A stretch of DNA of 64,000 bases. It comes from Terriglobia bacterium (GTDB taxonomy: Bacteria; Acidobacteriota; Terriglobia; UBA7540). Both the position numbers and the translations under genes were made by a program. This document shows positions 1 to 8,475 of this stretch, piece by piece; positions within the stretch are counted from its first letter, which is position 1; the number at the start of each line of letters is the position of its first letter. The DNA lies in the NCBI GenBank assembly GCA_036521995.1, contig DATDGR010000233.1, forward strand, positions 2,342-66,341, written 5' to 3'. Under the pieces are notes generated by a model. It had not been told where the DNA came from, made no database searches, and saw only the letters and a list, made by a program, of their open reading frames with translations.

Positions 1-3
1 CAC

Positions 4-810
4 GTGGCAGCGCCGATCCTGCGCGCCGCGCTGCGGATCACAGGCCTCTACTCGCGGGGAGTCCGGAATGCTCTCGACCCGGCGGTGCGCCACATCCGGC
101 TCGAATTTGCTGACGTCCCGGAAAGCTTCGACGGTTTCCGGGTCCTGCACCTCGCCGATCTGCATATCGACGGCATGGACGGCCTCGCCGAGATCGTCGC
201 GGAGCGCGTGGCCGGCCTTGGTGCCGACCTCTGCGTCATGACGGGTGACTACCGCTTCGCGGTGGACGGGCCCTGCGACGAAATCTACCCCCGCCTGCAG
301 ACCATTCTTTCCAGCATCGACACCCGCCACGGCGTTCTGGCCATTCTCGGCAATCACGACGCCTCCGAGATCGCCGTGGAGCTGGAGAACCTCGGGGTGC
401 GCATGCTGATCAACGAAGCCTTCGAAATCAGCCGAGGCGGCGCCAGCCTGTGGCTTCTCGGGGTGGATGACCCGCACCGTTACGGTTGCGACGAGCTGGA
501 CGCGGCTTGCGCGCCCGCGCCCGCCGGGGCCTTCAAGATTCTTCTCGCCCACTCACCGGAGATGTTCGCTCAGGCGGCCGAGGCCGGCGTTGATCTTTAC
601 CTCTGCGGACATACGCACGCCGGACAGATCCGCTTGCCCGGCATCGGAGCGCCCTTGATGAACGCCGCTTGCCCCAGAACCTACACCCACGGCCGCTGGC
701 AACATGGCGCCATGCAGGGCTACACCAGCGCCGGAGCCGGTTGTTCGCTCCTGCCGGTCCGTTACAATTGTCCTCCCGAGATCGCCTTGATCGAGATCGT
801 GAAAAGGTAA
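4..810 (+). CDS. metallophosphoesterase (calcineurin-like phosphoesterase)
   Basis: 268-aa ORF with the motif series LHLADLHID / GDY / GNHD / GHTHAGQ. The frame is open to the window edge, so the N-terminus may lie upstream. Confidence 0.8.
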   Translation: MAAPILRAALRITGLYSRGVRNALDPAVRHIRLEFADVPESFDGFRVLHLADLHIDGMDGLAEIVAERVAGLGADLCVMTGDYRFAVDGPCDEIYPRLQTILSSIDTRHGVLAILGNHDASEIAVELENLGVRMLINEAFEISRGGASLWLLGVDDPHRYGCDELDAACAPAPAGAFKILLAHSPEMFAQAAEAGVDLYLCGHTHAGQIRLPGIGAPLMNAACPRTYTHGRWQHGAMQGYTSAGAGCSLLPVRYNCPPEIALIEIVKR

Positions 811-1038
811 GTCGACCGCGGTCAAAACTGCGGCATTGTGCATTCGTCCCAAGAGCTGGTAACCCGTAGCGACGACACGGTTTGTGTGCCGTGGGCGTTT
901 CGTCCCGTGAACCAAAAGAACCACGACACTGAGAAGCGTGTCGTGGCTACCATCTCTGGTTGCGATTGAATCGGCCGCGAAGACAGGCCCAGGGCGACAA
1001 GCGCGTTCGCCGTGGCTACCACCGCCGTTGCCTACCGA

Positions 1039-2491
1039 TTATGGCCTTACCTGAAAGGGCGCGTTGCCCGACAGCGTGCCGCTGGGCGTTACTACCTGAA
1101 CCGTGCCGCTCGTGGCGCCAGCGGGTACGGTGGTCGAGATTAAGGAACTCGAAAGCACATTGAAAACTGCCGCCGTGCCGTTGAAGCTCACGCTGGTCGC
1201 GCCTGTCAGATTAGTCCCCTCAATGTTCACAACCGCTCCAACGTCGCCGGAGGTAGGCCGAGTTTCCACAAACGGGCCCAGACCCACCGACAACCTGAAG
1301 ACAATACCCCAGTTGTAGGCGCCACCCTGAAACGTTGTCCCGTATAAGGCGCCATTGGTGTCCTGGACCAGCGCCGCTTGGGGGGTGACCCCGTCCGGGC
1401 ACCCGCTTTGAGCACAAAAGCTGTGAAGTGTCGTCAGCGCGCCGCTTGCGGTGATTTTGAAGACCGTCCCACCGCTCCCACCAGTCGTTGTCCCGTAGAA
1501 GTTCCCGTCGGTGGCCTGGATCAGCGCCGCTTGCGGGTACGCACCGTCCGTGCAGCCGCTTTGCGAGCAAAAGCTGTACAGTGTGGTCAGGGCGCCACCT
1601 GAGGTGATCTTGAAGACGGTGCCAGTGCCGGTGCCGTTGGCCCCTCCCGAGAACGTTGTACCGTAGAAGTTATCGTCGGTAGCTTGCACCAACGGGGCGA
1701 AGGGGTAGGACCCGTCCGCGCAACCGCTCTGCGAGCAAAAGCTGTAAAGGGTTGTCAGCGCGCCGCTCGGCGTCATCTTGAAGATGGTCCCAGCGCTGTT
1801 GGTCCCACCCTGGTACGCCGTCCCGTAAAAGTTCCCATCGGCGGCCTGGACCAGCCCCGCGTTGGGGTATGCGCCGTCAGTACAACCACTTTGCGAACAA
1901 AAGGTGTGGAGCGTGGTCAGGATGCCGCTCGGGGTGATTTTGAAAATCGTGCCATCGCCGTTGGCGCCGCCGGCGATCGTGGTCCCATAGAGGTCCCCAT
2001 TGCTGGTCAAAACCAGCGCGGATTGGGGGCGTTCGCCGTCTGCGCAATCACTTTCGGAGCAAGAGCTATAAAGAGTCGTCAGCGTCGCCCGCGCGCCACT
2101 CAGCGTGTACGTGATCTTGAAGACCGTGCCTTCGCCGTAAGCTCCCCCCCTGAGACGTTGTCCCGTATAGGGTCCCGTCAGTGCTCTGGACTAGCCCGGC
2201 GCCGGGGTACTCGCCGTCGGTGCAGCCGCTCTTCGAGCAAAAGTTGTAAGCCGTCGTTAGCGTACCGCTCGGGGTGATTTGGAACACCGTTCCGCCCACG
2301 TGAGGCCCGCCCTCGAGAGTTGTCCCAAACAAATCCCCAGCGATGGAGCGAGGCGGAGGCGAAGCCTGGAAAAGAGCCGCGGCGGGCTCGGCACCGTCCG
2401 TGTAGTCGAAGCTGTGCAGTATAGTGAAAATCTGCGCCTGGGCCGGTACGGCGGACGCCGCCAGCATCATCAAGATCGCGAAAACCGCCAA
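1039..2491 (-). pseudogene. GloVer (Gloeo_Verruco) tandem-repeat secreted protein with C-terminal IPT/TIG domain, broken by a 1-nt frameshift (possibly a sequencing artefact)
   Basis: ORFs 2066..2491 (signal peptide MAVFAILMMLAASAVPAQA) and 1039..2010 carry the same ~50-aa repeat (LYSFCSQSGCTDGAYP.A.L.QA.DGNFYGTT..GG..G.GTVFKIT). Removing one base from the C7 run at 2144..2150 reads YGTTSQGG-AYGEGTVFKITYTLSG straight into the lower ORF. Confidence 0.75.
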
Positions 2492-2620
2492 TACCGCCCA
2501 TCCCCTATTCCTCGCCTGCTTGCCATCAAATCCCCCTTCAATTTCGTGGCGGCGATTATGGACCGGTTTGAGCCAGGAAGGTAAGTTCCATAACCTGATG
2601 ATACGGCATCAGTAAGCCGG

Positions 2621-2817
2621 CTCAGGTTCGTTTTGGGTTCGTTTCGGGTTCGTTTTTTCGGCATCCCGAGGGCCTCACTGATTCTAAATGACTTACTGCG
2701 CAGGCCATCGTCAAAGCTCGGGTTCGTTTAGGTTCGTTCTAGGTTCGTTTTTGCGCCGTTTTATTGATTCTAAACAGCTTCTCGGGTTCGTTTTTGCAAT
2801 TTTTTGACCGGGGGGGG
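2621..2817 (-). repeat. composite intergenic element, copy 1: phased GGTTCGTTT units (3+3+1), two TAGAATCA boxes, terminal CCG8 tract
   Basis: GGTTCGTTT starts at 2625, 2636, 2647, 2721, 2742 and 2785, with an 8/9 copy at 2731. GATTCTAAA lies at 2680 and 2766. The G8 run is 2810..2817. Order and spacing are collinear with the element at 53131..53437. Confidence 0.85.
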
Positions 2818-2832
2818 TCCCCTCAAGACCCC

Positions 2833-3327
2833 TTATGGGAACCTATCTGGCCCGGCTCGATCTACCGTTCCTTCAATCACCATCCGTGTGCCCTCATTGG
2901 GCTCGGGAGCCCTCAGTCCAACAATCTCGGCAATCCGGTTGTAAACCGCCAGTGCGTCCATGGGCTGGCCGGAGGCGAGCGCAGCCTGGGCGGCTTTGGT
3001 GGCCTCCGCCACCTCGCGCAGCCTCCCCTCCCGCTCCTCGAGGTCCAGGATGACGTGGCGGCTCCCGGCCTCGGCACCGACCTTCGGGTTCTGCTCGCGA
3101 ACGGATTGATAGCGCTGGCGCTCCTCGTCCAAAGTCATCTCGGCTTCCTGGTTGTGGGGCTCCGGCTGCAGGTGCGAAAGCCCGGCGAGCAGGAGGGCCT
3201 GAAGCATCTCGCCGGCTTCGGAGCCGGGGTCGTCCCGCGCGTCCCGGATCAGTTCATCCCTCTTCTGCCGCAGCGTCTTCAAAGGCTCCATGGCTTCGTC
3301 ACCCCCGTCCGGCGATGGTTCGATCAC
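2833..3327 (-). CDS. hypothetical protein (charged, probably coiled-coil)
   Basis: 164-aa ORF with third-codon positions dominated by G/C, unlike the overlapping + strand ORF 2764..3486. GTG start. No recognisable domain. Confidence 0.5.
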   Translation of the reverse strand: MIEPSPDGGDEAMEPLKTLRQKRDELIRDARDDPGSEAGEMLQALLLAGLSHLQPEPHNQEAEMTLDEERQRYQSVREQNPKVGAEAGSRHVILDLEEREGRLREVAEATKAAQAALASGQPMDALAVYNRIAEIVGLRAPEPNEGTRMVIEGTVDRAGPDRFP

Positions 3328-3414
3328 CCCGGGACGGCCAGGGAGAGCCGTCAGGCGCCGGCCTCCCGGACAGGCGGACCATCGAAGAATCGATCTAGCC
3401 GAGTTAGCATGACC

Positions 3415-3443
3415 AGCCTAGCACTGGAGCAGAGCCTAGTCAA
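3415..3443 (-). promoter_or_regulatory. candidate sigma70-type promoter (TTGACT-17-TAGGCT) upstream of hypothetical gene 2833..3327
   Basis: On the minus strand, TTGACT (3443..3438), a 17-nt spacer, then TAGGCT (3420..3415). Confidence 0.3.
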
Positions 3444-3521
3444 GCGGGATATTTTGAACGACAGGCTTGATTATACGGGAGACTAAGCTAGTTGTTGTAG
3501 CCTACACTAGAATCAATTATG

Positions 3522-3548
3522 ATCTATCACTAGCAGAATGTGATAGAT
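3522..3548. promoter_or_regulatory. perfect 9-bp inverted repeat ATCTATCAC-N9-GTGATAGAT in a divergent intergenic region
   Basis: Arms at 3522..3530 and 3540..3548. It lies immediately downstream of a TAGAATCAA box (3508..3516). Confidence 0.35.
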
Positions 3549-3700
3549 ATGACTGGTACGGGTCGCGCAAATTGACTCCTGGGAAGGGTCTGCGGTGAAA
3601 AAACTGGGTCTATCTCGCACAAACCGGGGAGGTTACGTGGCGGTGCGGGGTGGCGCGGCAGGCCGACCCAGGGCTCGCGGACCGGGCTCGCGAAGGGCGC

Positions 3701-3730
3701 TTGACACCCCCGCCAACTGTGGCCTACCAT
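3701..3730 (+). promoter_or_regulatory. candidate sigma70-type promoter TTGACA-18-TACCAT
   Basis: TTGACA at 3701..3706 and TACCAT at 3725..3730. The ATG of the downstream ORF is only 10 nt past the -10 box. Confidence 0.4.
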
Positions 3731-3740
3731 CAACGCAGAG

Positions 3741-4289
3741 ATGAACGTGGATCGCAGCCGCGACGCTCGGGGGGGCAGGCTGGACCGGCACCCCGTTGCC
3801 AGACCATTTTCCGTTGGCCTCCGTTGGAAAAGCCGTCGACCGGGTCACACGGCTTTATGGGTGTCACTCCTCGCGGGCGTCGCGTTCATGACGGCTCTCA
3901 CCTCATTTAGCGTTCGCGCCCAGCAGGATGATCACAAGCGCAAGGTCCCGGTGATCGACAAGCTCTCGTCGAACACCGATCGGGAGGCATTCAGCGGTCT
4001 AGTGCAGTCTCTAGATCTCAAGGACTCCTTGCTGGTGGTGCACAACACCCGCGACGACACCGACGAATACTTTCCCTTCAAGAAGACCGTGTCCGTGGCC
4101 ACGGCCACCGGCAAGTACCTGACGCTCGACGGCGTGAAACCGGGGCAGAGTGTGTTGGTGTATTACGATCAAAAGGGCAACAAGCGCACGGTGAAGGAGA
4201 TTGTGGTCCTCGAAAATGCCCCTCCCGCGAAGCCTGCTGCGGCCGAACCTGCTGCGCCCGACAAAGACAAGCCCCCGCCCCCATCCTAA
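3741..4289 (+). CDS. hypothetical secreted protein, paralogous in pattern to 5600..5995
   Basis: Hydrophobic signal-like segment LWVSLLAGVAFMTALTSFSVRAQ, then a beta-rich core and a Pro/Ala/Lys-rich tail. The N-terminal extension before the signal is unusually long, so the start is uncertain. Confidence 0.6.
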   Translation: MNVDRSRDARGGRLDRHPVARPFSVGLRWKSRRPGHTALWVSLLAGVAFMTALTSFSVRAQQDDHKRKVPVIDKLSSNTDREAFSGLVQSLDLKDSLLVVHNTRDDTDEYFPFKKTVSVATATGKYLTLDGVKPGQSVLVYYDQKGNKRTVKEIVVLENAPPAKPAAAEPAAPDKDKPPPPS

Positions 4290-4336
4290 GTTCATTCGAT
4301 GCCAGTCACCCATGGGCGCAGATCGGCGCGAGTCTC

Positions 4337-5485
4337 ATGAAAATCGGCATCACCTGTTATCCTACTTACGGCGGCAGCGGAGTGGTGGCAACCGAACTCG
4401 GCCTGGAGCTGGCCGCCCGCGGGCACGACGTCCACTTCATCAGCTACGCCATGCCCGTCCGCATGACGGAAGCCACGGAGCGGATTCACTTCCACGAGGT
4501 CGAGGTGGTGAATTATCCCCTGTTCGATCATCCGCCTTACACCTTGTCGCTCGCGACCAAGATGTATGAAGTGGCGGCCGGCGAAGCGCTTGATTTGCTG
4601 CACGTCCACTACGCCATTCCGCACTCGGTCAGCGCCTACCTGGCGCGCGCCATGTTTCGCCCGCGCCGGCTTCCCTTTGTGACCACCCTGCACGGCACGG
4701 ACATCACGTTGGTGGGAAGCGACCGTTCCTATTTGCCCATCACGCGATTCTCGATCGAGGAGAGCGACTCCGTCACTGCTATTTCCGACTATCTGCGCAA
4801 CGTGACCCTGCAAGAGTTCGGAATCCAGAGGCCAGTGGAGGTGATCCCCAACTTCGTCAACTGCGACGTGTTTGAGCCCGCCGGCGAATCCTGCCGGCGC
4901 AGCCAGTTCGCCCGCGACGATGAAAAGGTGCTGGTGCATCTCTCCAATTTTCGACCGGTGAAGCGGCTGCCCGACGTGGTGGAGATCTTTGACCGCGTGC
5001 GCAGCGAGATTCCCGCCAAGCTTCTCCTGATTGGCGACGGCCCCGACCGTGCGCGCGCCGAGTGGATGGTGAACGACAAAAGGTTGAAGGGTGACGTAAT
5101 CTTTCTCGGCAAGCAGAACCAAGTGCAGGACCTGCTGAACTGCGCCGACGTGATGCTGCTGCCGAGCCAGCTCGAATCCTTCGGTCTGGCGGCGCTCGAA
5201 GCTATGGCCTGCGGAGTGCCGCCGGTGGTCTCGCGCGTGGGTGGGCTGCCGGAAGTGATCCGTGACGGCGTGGAGGGCTACCTGGTGGAAGTGGGCGACG
5301 TTGATACCATGGCCGAGCGCGCCTTACGCATCCTGACCGAGCCCGGTCGCCGCGAAGAGATGGGCCGGGCGGCGCGCCGGCGCGCCAGCGACAAATTCTG
5401 CAGCACCAAGATCATTCCCCTTTACGAGGATCTCTACCGGCGAGTGCTGGAGGGCAAGCTGGTTGCCGAAGCGGCTGCGGGATAA
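4337..5485 (+). CDS. bshA: N-acetyl-alpha-D-glucosaminyl L-malate synthase (GT4 glycosyltransferase, bacillithiol pathway)
   Basis: The N-terminus MKIGITCYPTYGGSGVVATELG..RGH..HFI, then HFHEVEV..YP.F..PPY, HVHYAIPH, TTLHGTDIT and ESFG..ALEAMACG..V, match Bacillus BshA (YpjH) block for block as I recall it. Confidence 0.75.
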   Translation: MKIGITCYPTYGGSGVVATELGLELAARGHDVHFISYAMPVRMTEATERIHFHEVEVVNYPLFDHPPYTLSLATKMYEVAAGEALDLLHVHYAIPHSVSAYLARAMFRPRRLPFVTTLHGTDITLVGSDRSYLPITRFSIEESDSVTAISDYLRNVTLQEFGIQRPVEVIPNFVNCDVFEPAGESCRRSQFARDDEKVLVHLSNFRPVKRLPDVVEIFDRVRSEIPAKLLLIGDGPDRARAEWMVNDKRLKGDVIFLGKQNQVQDLLNCADVMLLPSQLESFGLAALEAMACGVPPVVSRVGGLPEVIRDGVEGYLVEVGDVDTMAERALRILTEPGRREEMGRAARRRASDKFCSTKIIPLYEDLYRRVLEGKLVAEAAAG

Positions 5486-5543
5486 CCGTGCTCTCGGTTC
5501 GCTCTCTTCGTATCGGCGCCGAGCATAGTCAGAATCGATCGGC

Positions 5544-5571
5544 TTGAAACAGCGCTGACCTCTGCTATCAT
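5544..5571 (+). promoter_or_regulatory. candidate sigma70-type promoter TTGAAA-16-TATCAT
   Basis: TTGAAA at 5544..5549 and TATCAT at 5566..5571. A Shine-Dalgarno AAGGGAGG follows, before the ATG at 5600. Confidence 0.45.
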
Positions 5572-5599
5572 AACTGCGTTTTCAAAAGGGAGGCTATCA

Positions 5600-5995
5600 A
5601 TGATCAGGAAGATCGCAAAGATGTTCTTGGCAGTTGGATTCGCTTGCTCGGTGTCGCTTTGGGTGGCTGCGGCTCAGGAAGCTCCCGCGAGCTCCGCCAC
5701 CAAAGAGACGACCCATCATCACAACTGGTTCGTGGGCACGATCGATAGCGTGGACAAGGACGCGGGGACCGTCGTGGTTAAGGCGGCCGACGGGACCAAG
5801 CATACCTTCAAGTATACGGGCGACACCAGCGTGAAGGGGATCGAGGACGCAGCCAAGGCCACCGATCTCGCCACCAAGAAAGGCACGAAGGTGGCGATCC
5901 ACTACACCGGCAAGGGTGCCGACAAGACTGCTGATTCCATCGAAGACGCCGGCAAGTATGTAGCCGGCGACGAGAAGAAACCGGCGCAGAAGTAG
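5600..5995 (+). CDS. hypothetical small secreted protein
   Basis: Signal peptide MIRKIAKMFLAVGFACSVSLWVAAAQE, a strong SD and a promoter upstream. The core pattern is shared with 3741..4289. Confidence 0.7.
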   Translation: MIRKIAKMFLAVGFACSVSLWVAAAQEAPASSATKETTHHHNWFVGTIDSVDKDAGTVVVKAADGTKHTFKYTGDTSVKGIEDAAKATDLATKKGTKVAIHYTGKGADKTADSIEDAGKYVAGDEKKPAQK

Positions 5996-6104
5996 GGTGC
6001 CGATCGGAGACGGTCGACCCCTCGATCCGGCAAGAAAAAAGCAGGTTTCTTAAACGGCCGGAGGGATCGAAGTTGGCGGCGAACGCCGAAGATGCGTCCT
6101 GCTG

Positions 6105-7058
6105 TCAGTTGACAGCCTTCAGCTTTCCCAAGAACGCTGTGACCGCCTGTTGATACTGCTCGTGCCCCGAAGTGAATCCTTCGCCGTGCCTGGCGCCGGG
6201 CACGATCAGCAGAATCTTGTCGGGGCTGGTCTCGAGGCCGTAGAGCGTCCGGGCGATCGCGGGCGGCATGCGGCGGTCCCCCTCGACGCCGATGAACAGG
6301 ATCGGCCGGGGATTGATCCGTTCCACGGCCTTTTCGAGGTCAAAGTCCGCAGGCCGGAAGTGCGCCTTCCAGGCGATCAGCGCGACGGTTTCGTTGAGCA
6401 TCGGGAAGCTGGGCCAGCTCGAAAAGAACAGCTTCCAGTGGTGGCGGGCGGTATCGTCAAACGAGAGAAAGGTGCTGTCGGAGATCACCGCCGCCACATC
6501 GGGCGTTTCGGCCGCGGCCATCAGGGATGCGGCGGCGCCCAGCGAAATGCCCCAAAGCACCACGGGCCGGGCGCCGTGCTCCCGGTCGAGGGCGTAGCGG
6601 ACCGCACCCTCCACGTCGAGCCTCTCCCAGTAGCCCACGCTCGAGAACCGTCCGCCGCTCGCTCCCTGGTGACGAAGATCGAAAGTGAGTCCGTTGTATC
6701 CCAGGCTGTGCCCGAACTGGGCCATGGGTAGCATCTCGATGCGCGTGCGGTTCTGACCATCGACGTAAACGATGGTCCCTGCCGCGCCGCCCGGAGGCTG
6801 GCCGGCGGCCGGCATCCACCACCCCTTCAGGTCAATTCCGTCGCTCGACGGGAAGTCGACAGATTGGTATGTCATCCCAAAGTCCTGGGGCGTTTTGCCA
6901 TCGTTCGGATCGGGAAAGTGGAAGCGGTTGGTGGTGGTAATGGTCGCAACCGCCCAAGGCACCACCGCCAGAAAGAACACGAGTGTCAGCGAAAGCAGAA
7001 GGATGAACACCCAGCGGATGACCTTCCAGGCTCGACGGGCTCTTGGCATTCGGTCCAC
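6105..7058 (-). CDS. alpha/beta hydrolase with N-terminal membrane anchor
   Basis: Nucleophile elbow GISLG, an N-terminal TM helix, and the typical hydrolase length and order. Confidence 0.8.
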   Translation of the reverse strand: MDRMPRARRAWKVIRWVFILLLSLTLVFFLAVVPWAVATITTTNRFHFPDPNDGKTPQDFGMTYQSVDFPSSDGIDLKGWWMPAAGQPPGGAAGTIVYVDGQNRTRIEMLPMAQFGHSLGYNGLTFDLRHQGASGGRFSSVGYWERLDVEGAVRYALDREHGARPVVLWGISLGAAASLMAAAETPDVAAVISDSTFLSFDDTARHHWKLFFSSWPSFPMLNETVALIAWKAHFRPADFDLEKAVERINPRPILFIGVEGDRRMPPAIARTLYGLETSPDKILLIVPGARHGEGFTSGHEQYQQAVTAFLGKLKAVN

Positions 7059-7188
7059 CTAAAGGAGTACGCTATCGGCGGCAGGCAGCATCCGGCGCAA
7101 CGAGAAACCACAGACCTGGGAGTTCGCGATGTGTGGTGCGCTGCCGTGCTCGAAGCGTTCAACTGTATCCGATGAGACTACCGATTGC

Positions 7189-8433
7189 CTACTGCCGGGT
7201 GCTCACTTGGTGCTCCACGGTCACAGGTTCGGTGATATGCGTGGTGAGCAGCAGGGCCACCAGGCCCGCCATCAGCGCAGAAAGCGTGGTTACGGCCGCG
7301 TAGCCGCGCCACTCATAGAGCAGACCTCCGCTGAAAACGGCGGCGCCGATGCCGAGTTGTGAGGCGATGTTCCGCAGGGCCACGAAGGATCCGCGCCGCT
7401 GCCGGGGTACCATCTCGGTCATCAGGGCGGTGATCGGTCCCTGGCGGAAGCCAATGCCCAGGCTCACACCGATAAAGACGATCAGCAGGCCCACGCCCCA
7501 ACCAAACAGAGGCAGCACGGCCATGGTCCCGCATAGCAGGATGTTGCTGGCGATCGAGACGCCGCGCTTGCCCCAACGGTCCGCGAACACTCCACCGAGC
7601 GGCGCTCCGCCCACGGCCACCAGGCCCCCGAGCATGAACACCAGGCCGATCCGTGTGGTGGACAGGCCGAAGCTCGCGTGCAGCCAGGTCCCGATGTATG
7701 TGAGGAAGCTGACCAGTCCGCCGGAGACCAGAAACGCGATCACCAGCATGGCGGCGGTATCGCGCCGGGCTAGAAAGCTCCCAAAGCTACTCAAAGCGTG
7801 GCGGAGTATGCCATCCGACGGCGGAGCGATGTCATGTTCCAAGCCTGATTCCAGGGTGGCAGCGGATCTGAAACTTCGATCCTCGAGACCCTTCTCGCGC
7901 GGGAGAGTTTGTGCCGCCAGGGCCACCACCAGCGCGAGCGCCGCAAAAGCCGTGAACACACGCTGCCAGCCATAGCGATCGGCAATCAAGCCTGCCACGG
8001 GAACGCCGAGCGGCGCCACGAAGTAAGCGGACGAGATCAGTCCCAGGGCGCGACCGCGAACCGTGTAGTCGAACCAGTCACCGGCGTAGGCGGTGGCACA
8101 GGTGGAAAGGGCGCCGGCGGCGAGGCCCGTGACGGCGCGCGCCCCAGCGAGTTCCGCAAAACGATGGCTGAACGAGGATGCCAGCGAGGCGATGAGAAAG
8201 AACCAAGCGCCGGCCAGCAGAAATCGGCGGCGCCCGTAGTGGTCGGAAAGGGATCCGGTGAGAAAAGCTGCCAGCGCCGCAGCTAGCGAATAGAAGACCA
8301 CCAGCAGTCCGGTGGTTGCGATGCCTGCGCCGAGTGAGCTGGAAAGCTCCGGCAAGAGCGCGGGGATGGTCTGATTATCTGCGAGGCCGAGAAAGAGCAG
8401 CAGGAAGAGACCAGCGATGACGCGGTAGTCCAT
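7189..8433 (-). CDS. MFS transporter
   Basis: 414 aa with about 12 hydrophobic helices and an MFS loop motif (GSLSDHYGRRR). Confidence 0.85.
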   Translation of the reverse strand: MDYRVIAGLFLLLFLGLADNQTIPALLPELSSSLGAGIATTGLLVVFYSLAAALAAFLTGSLSDHYGRRRFLLAGAWFFLIASLASSFSHRFAELAGARAVTGLAAGALSTCATAYAGDWFDYTVRGRALGLISSAYFVAPLGVPVAGLIADRYGWQRVFTAFAALALVVALAAQTLPREKGLEDRSFRSAATLESGLEHDIAPPSDGILRHALSSFGSFLARRDTAAMLVIAFLVSGGLVSFLTYIGTWLHASFGLSTTRIGLVFMLGGLVAVGGAPLGGVFADRWGKRGVSIASNILLCGTMAVLPLFGWGVGLLIVFIGVSLGIGFRQGPITALMTEMVPRQRRGSFVALRNIASQLGIGAAVFSGGLLYEWRGYAAVTTLSALMAGLVALLLTTHITEPVTVEHQVSTRQ

Positions 8434-8475
8434 GGTTGGGAACAGGTATCGCCTGGATCAGCCCCGCCAACCCGG

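Noticed and set aside
2625-2655. GGTTCG strings as tRNA T-arm remnants or a hidden tRNA gene
   Set aside because: The continuation is GTTT rather than the T-loop consensus (GGTTCGAATCC). No acceptor or anticodon stems can be drawn around any copy.
2621-2817. Possible CRISPR array, because of the closely spaced direct repeats
   Set aside because: The units are only 9 nt and abut each other at a 10-11 bp period with no unique spacers. No cas genes are present, and the same applies at 53131..53330.
2764-3486. 240-aa plus-strand ORF overlapping the 164-aa minus-strand ORF
   Set aside because: Read in the minus-strand frame, third-codon positions are overwhelmingly G/C. The plus-strand translation starts inside the repeat element and looks non-protein-like.
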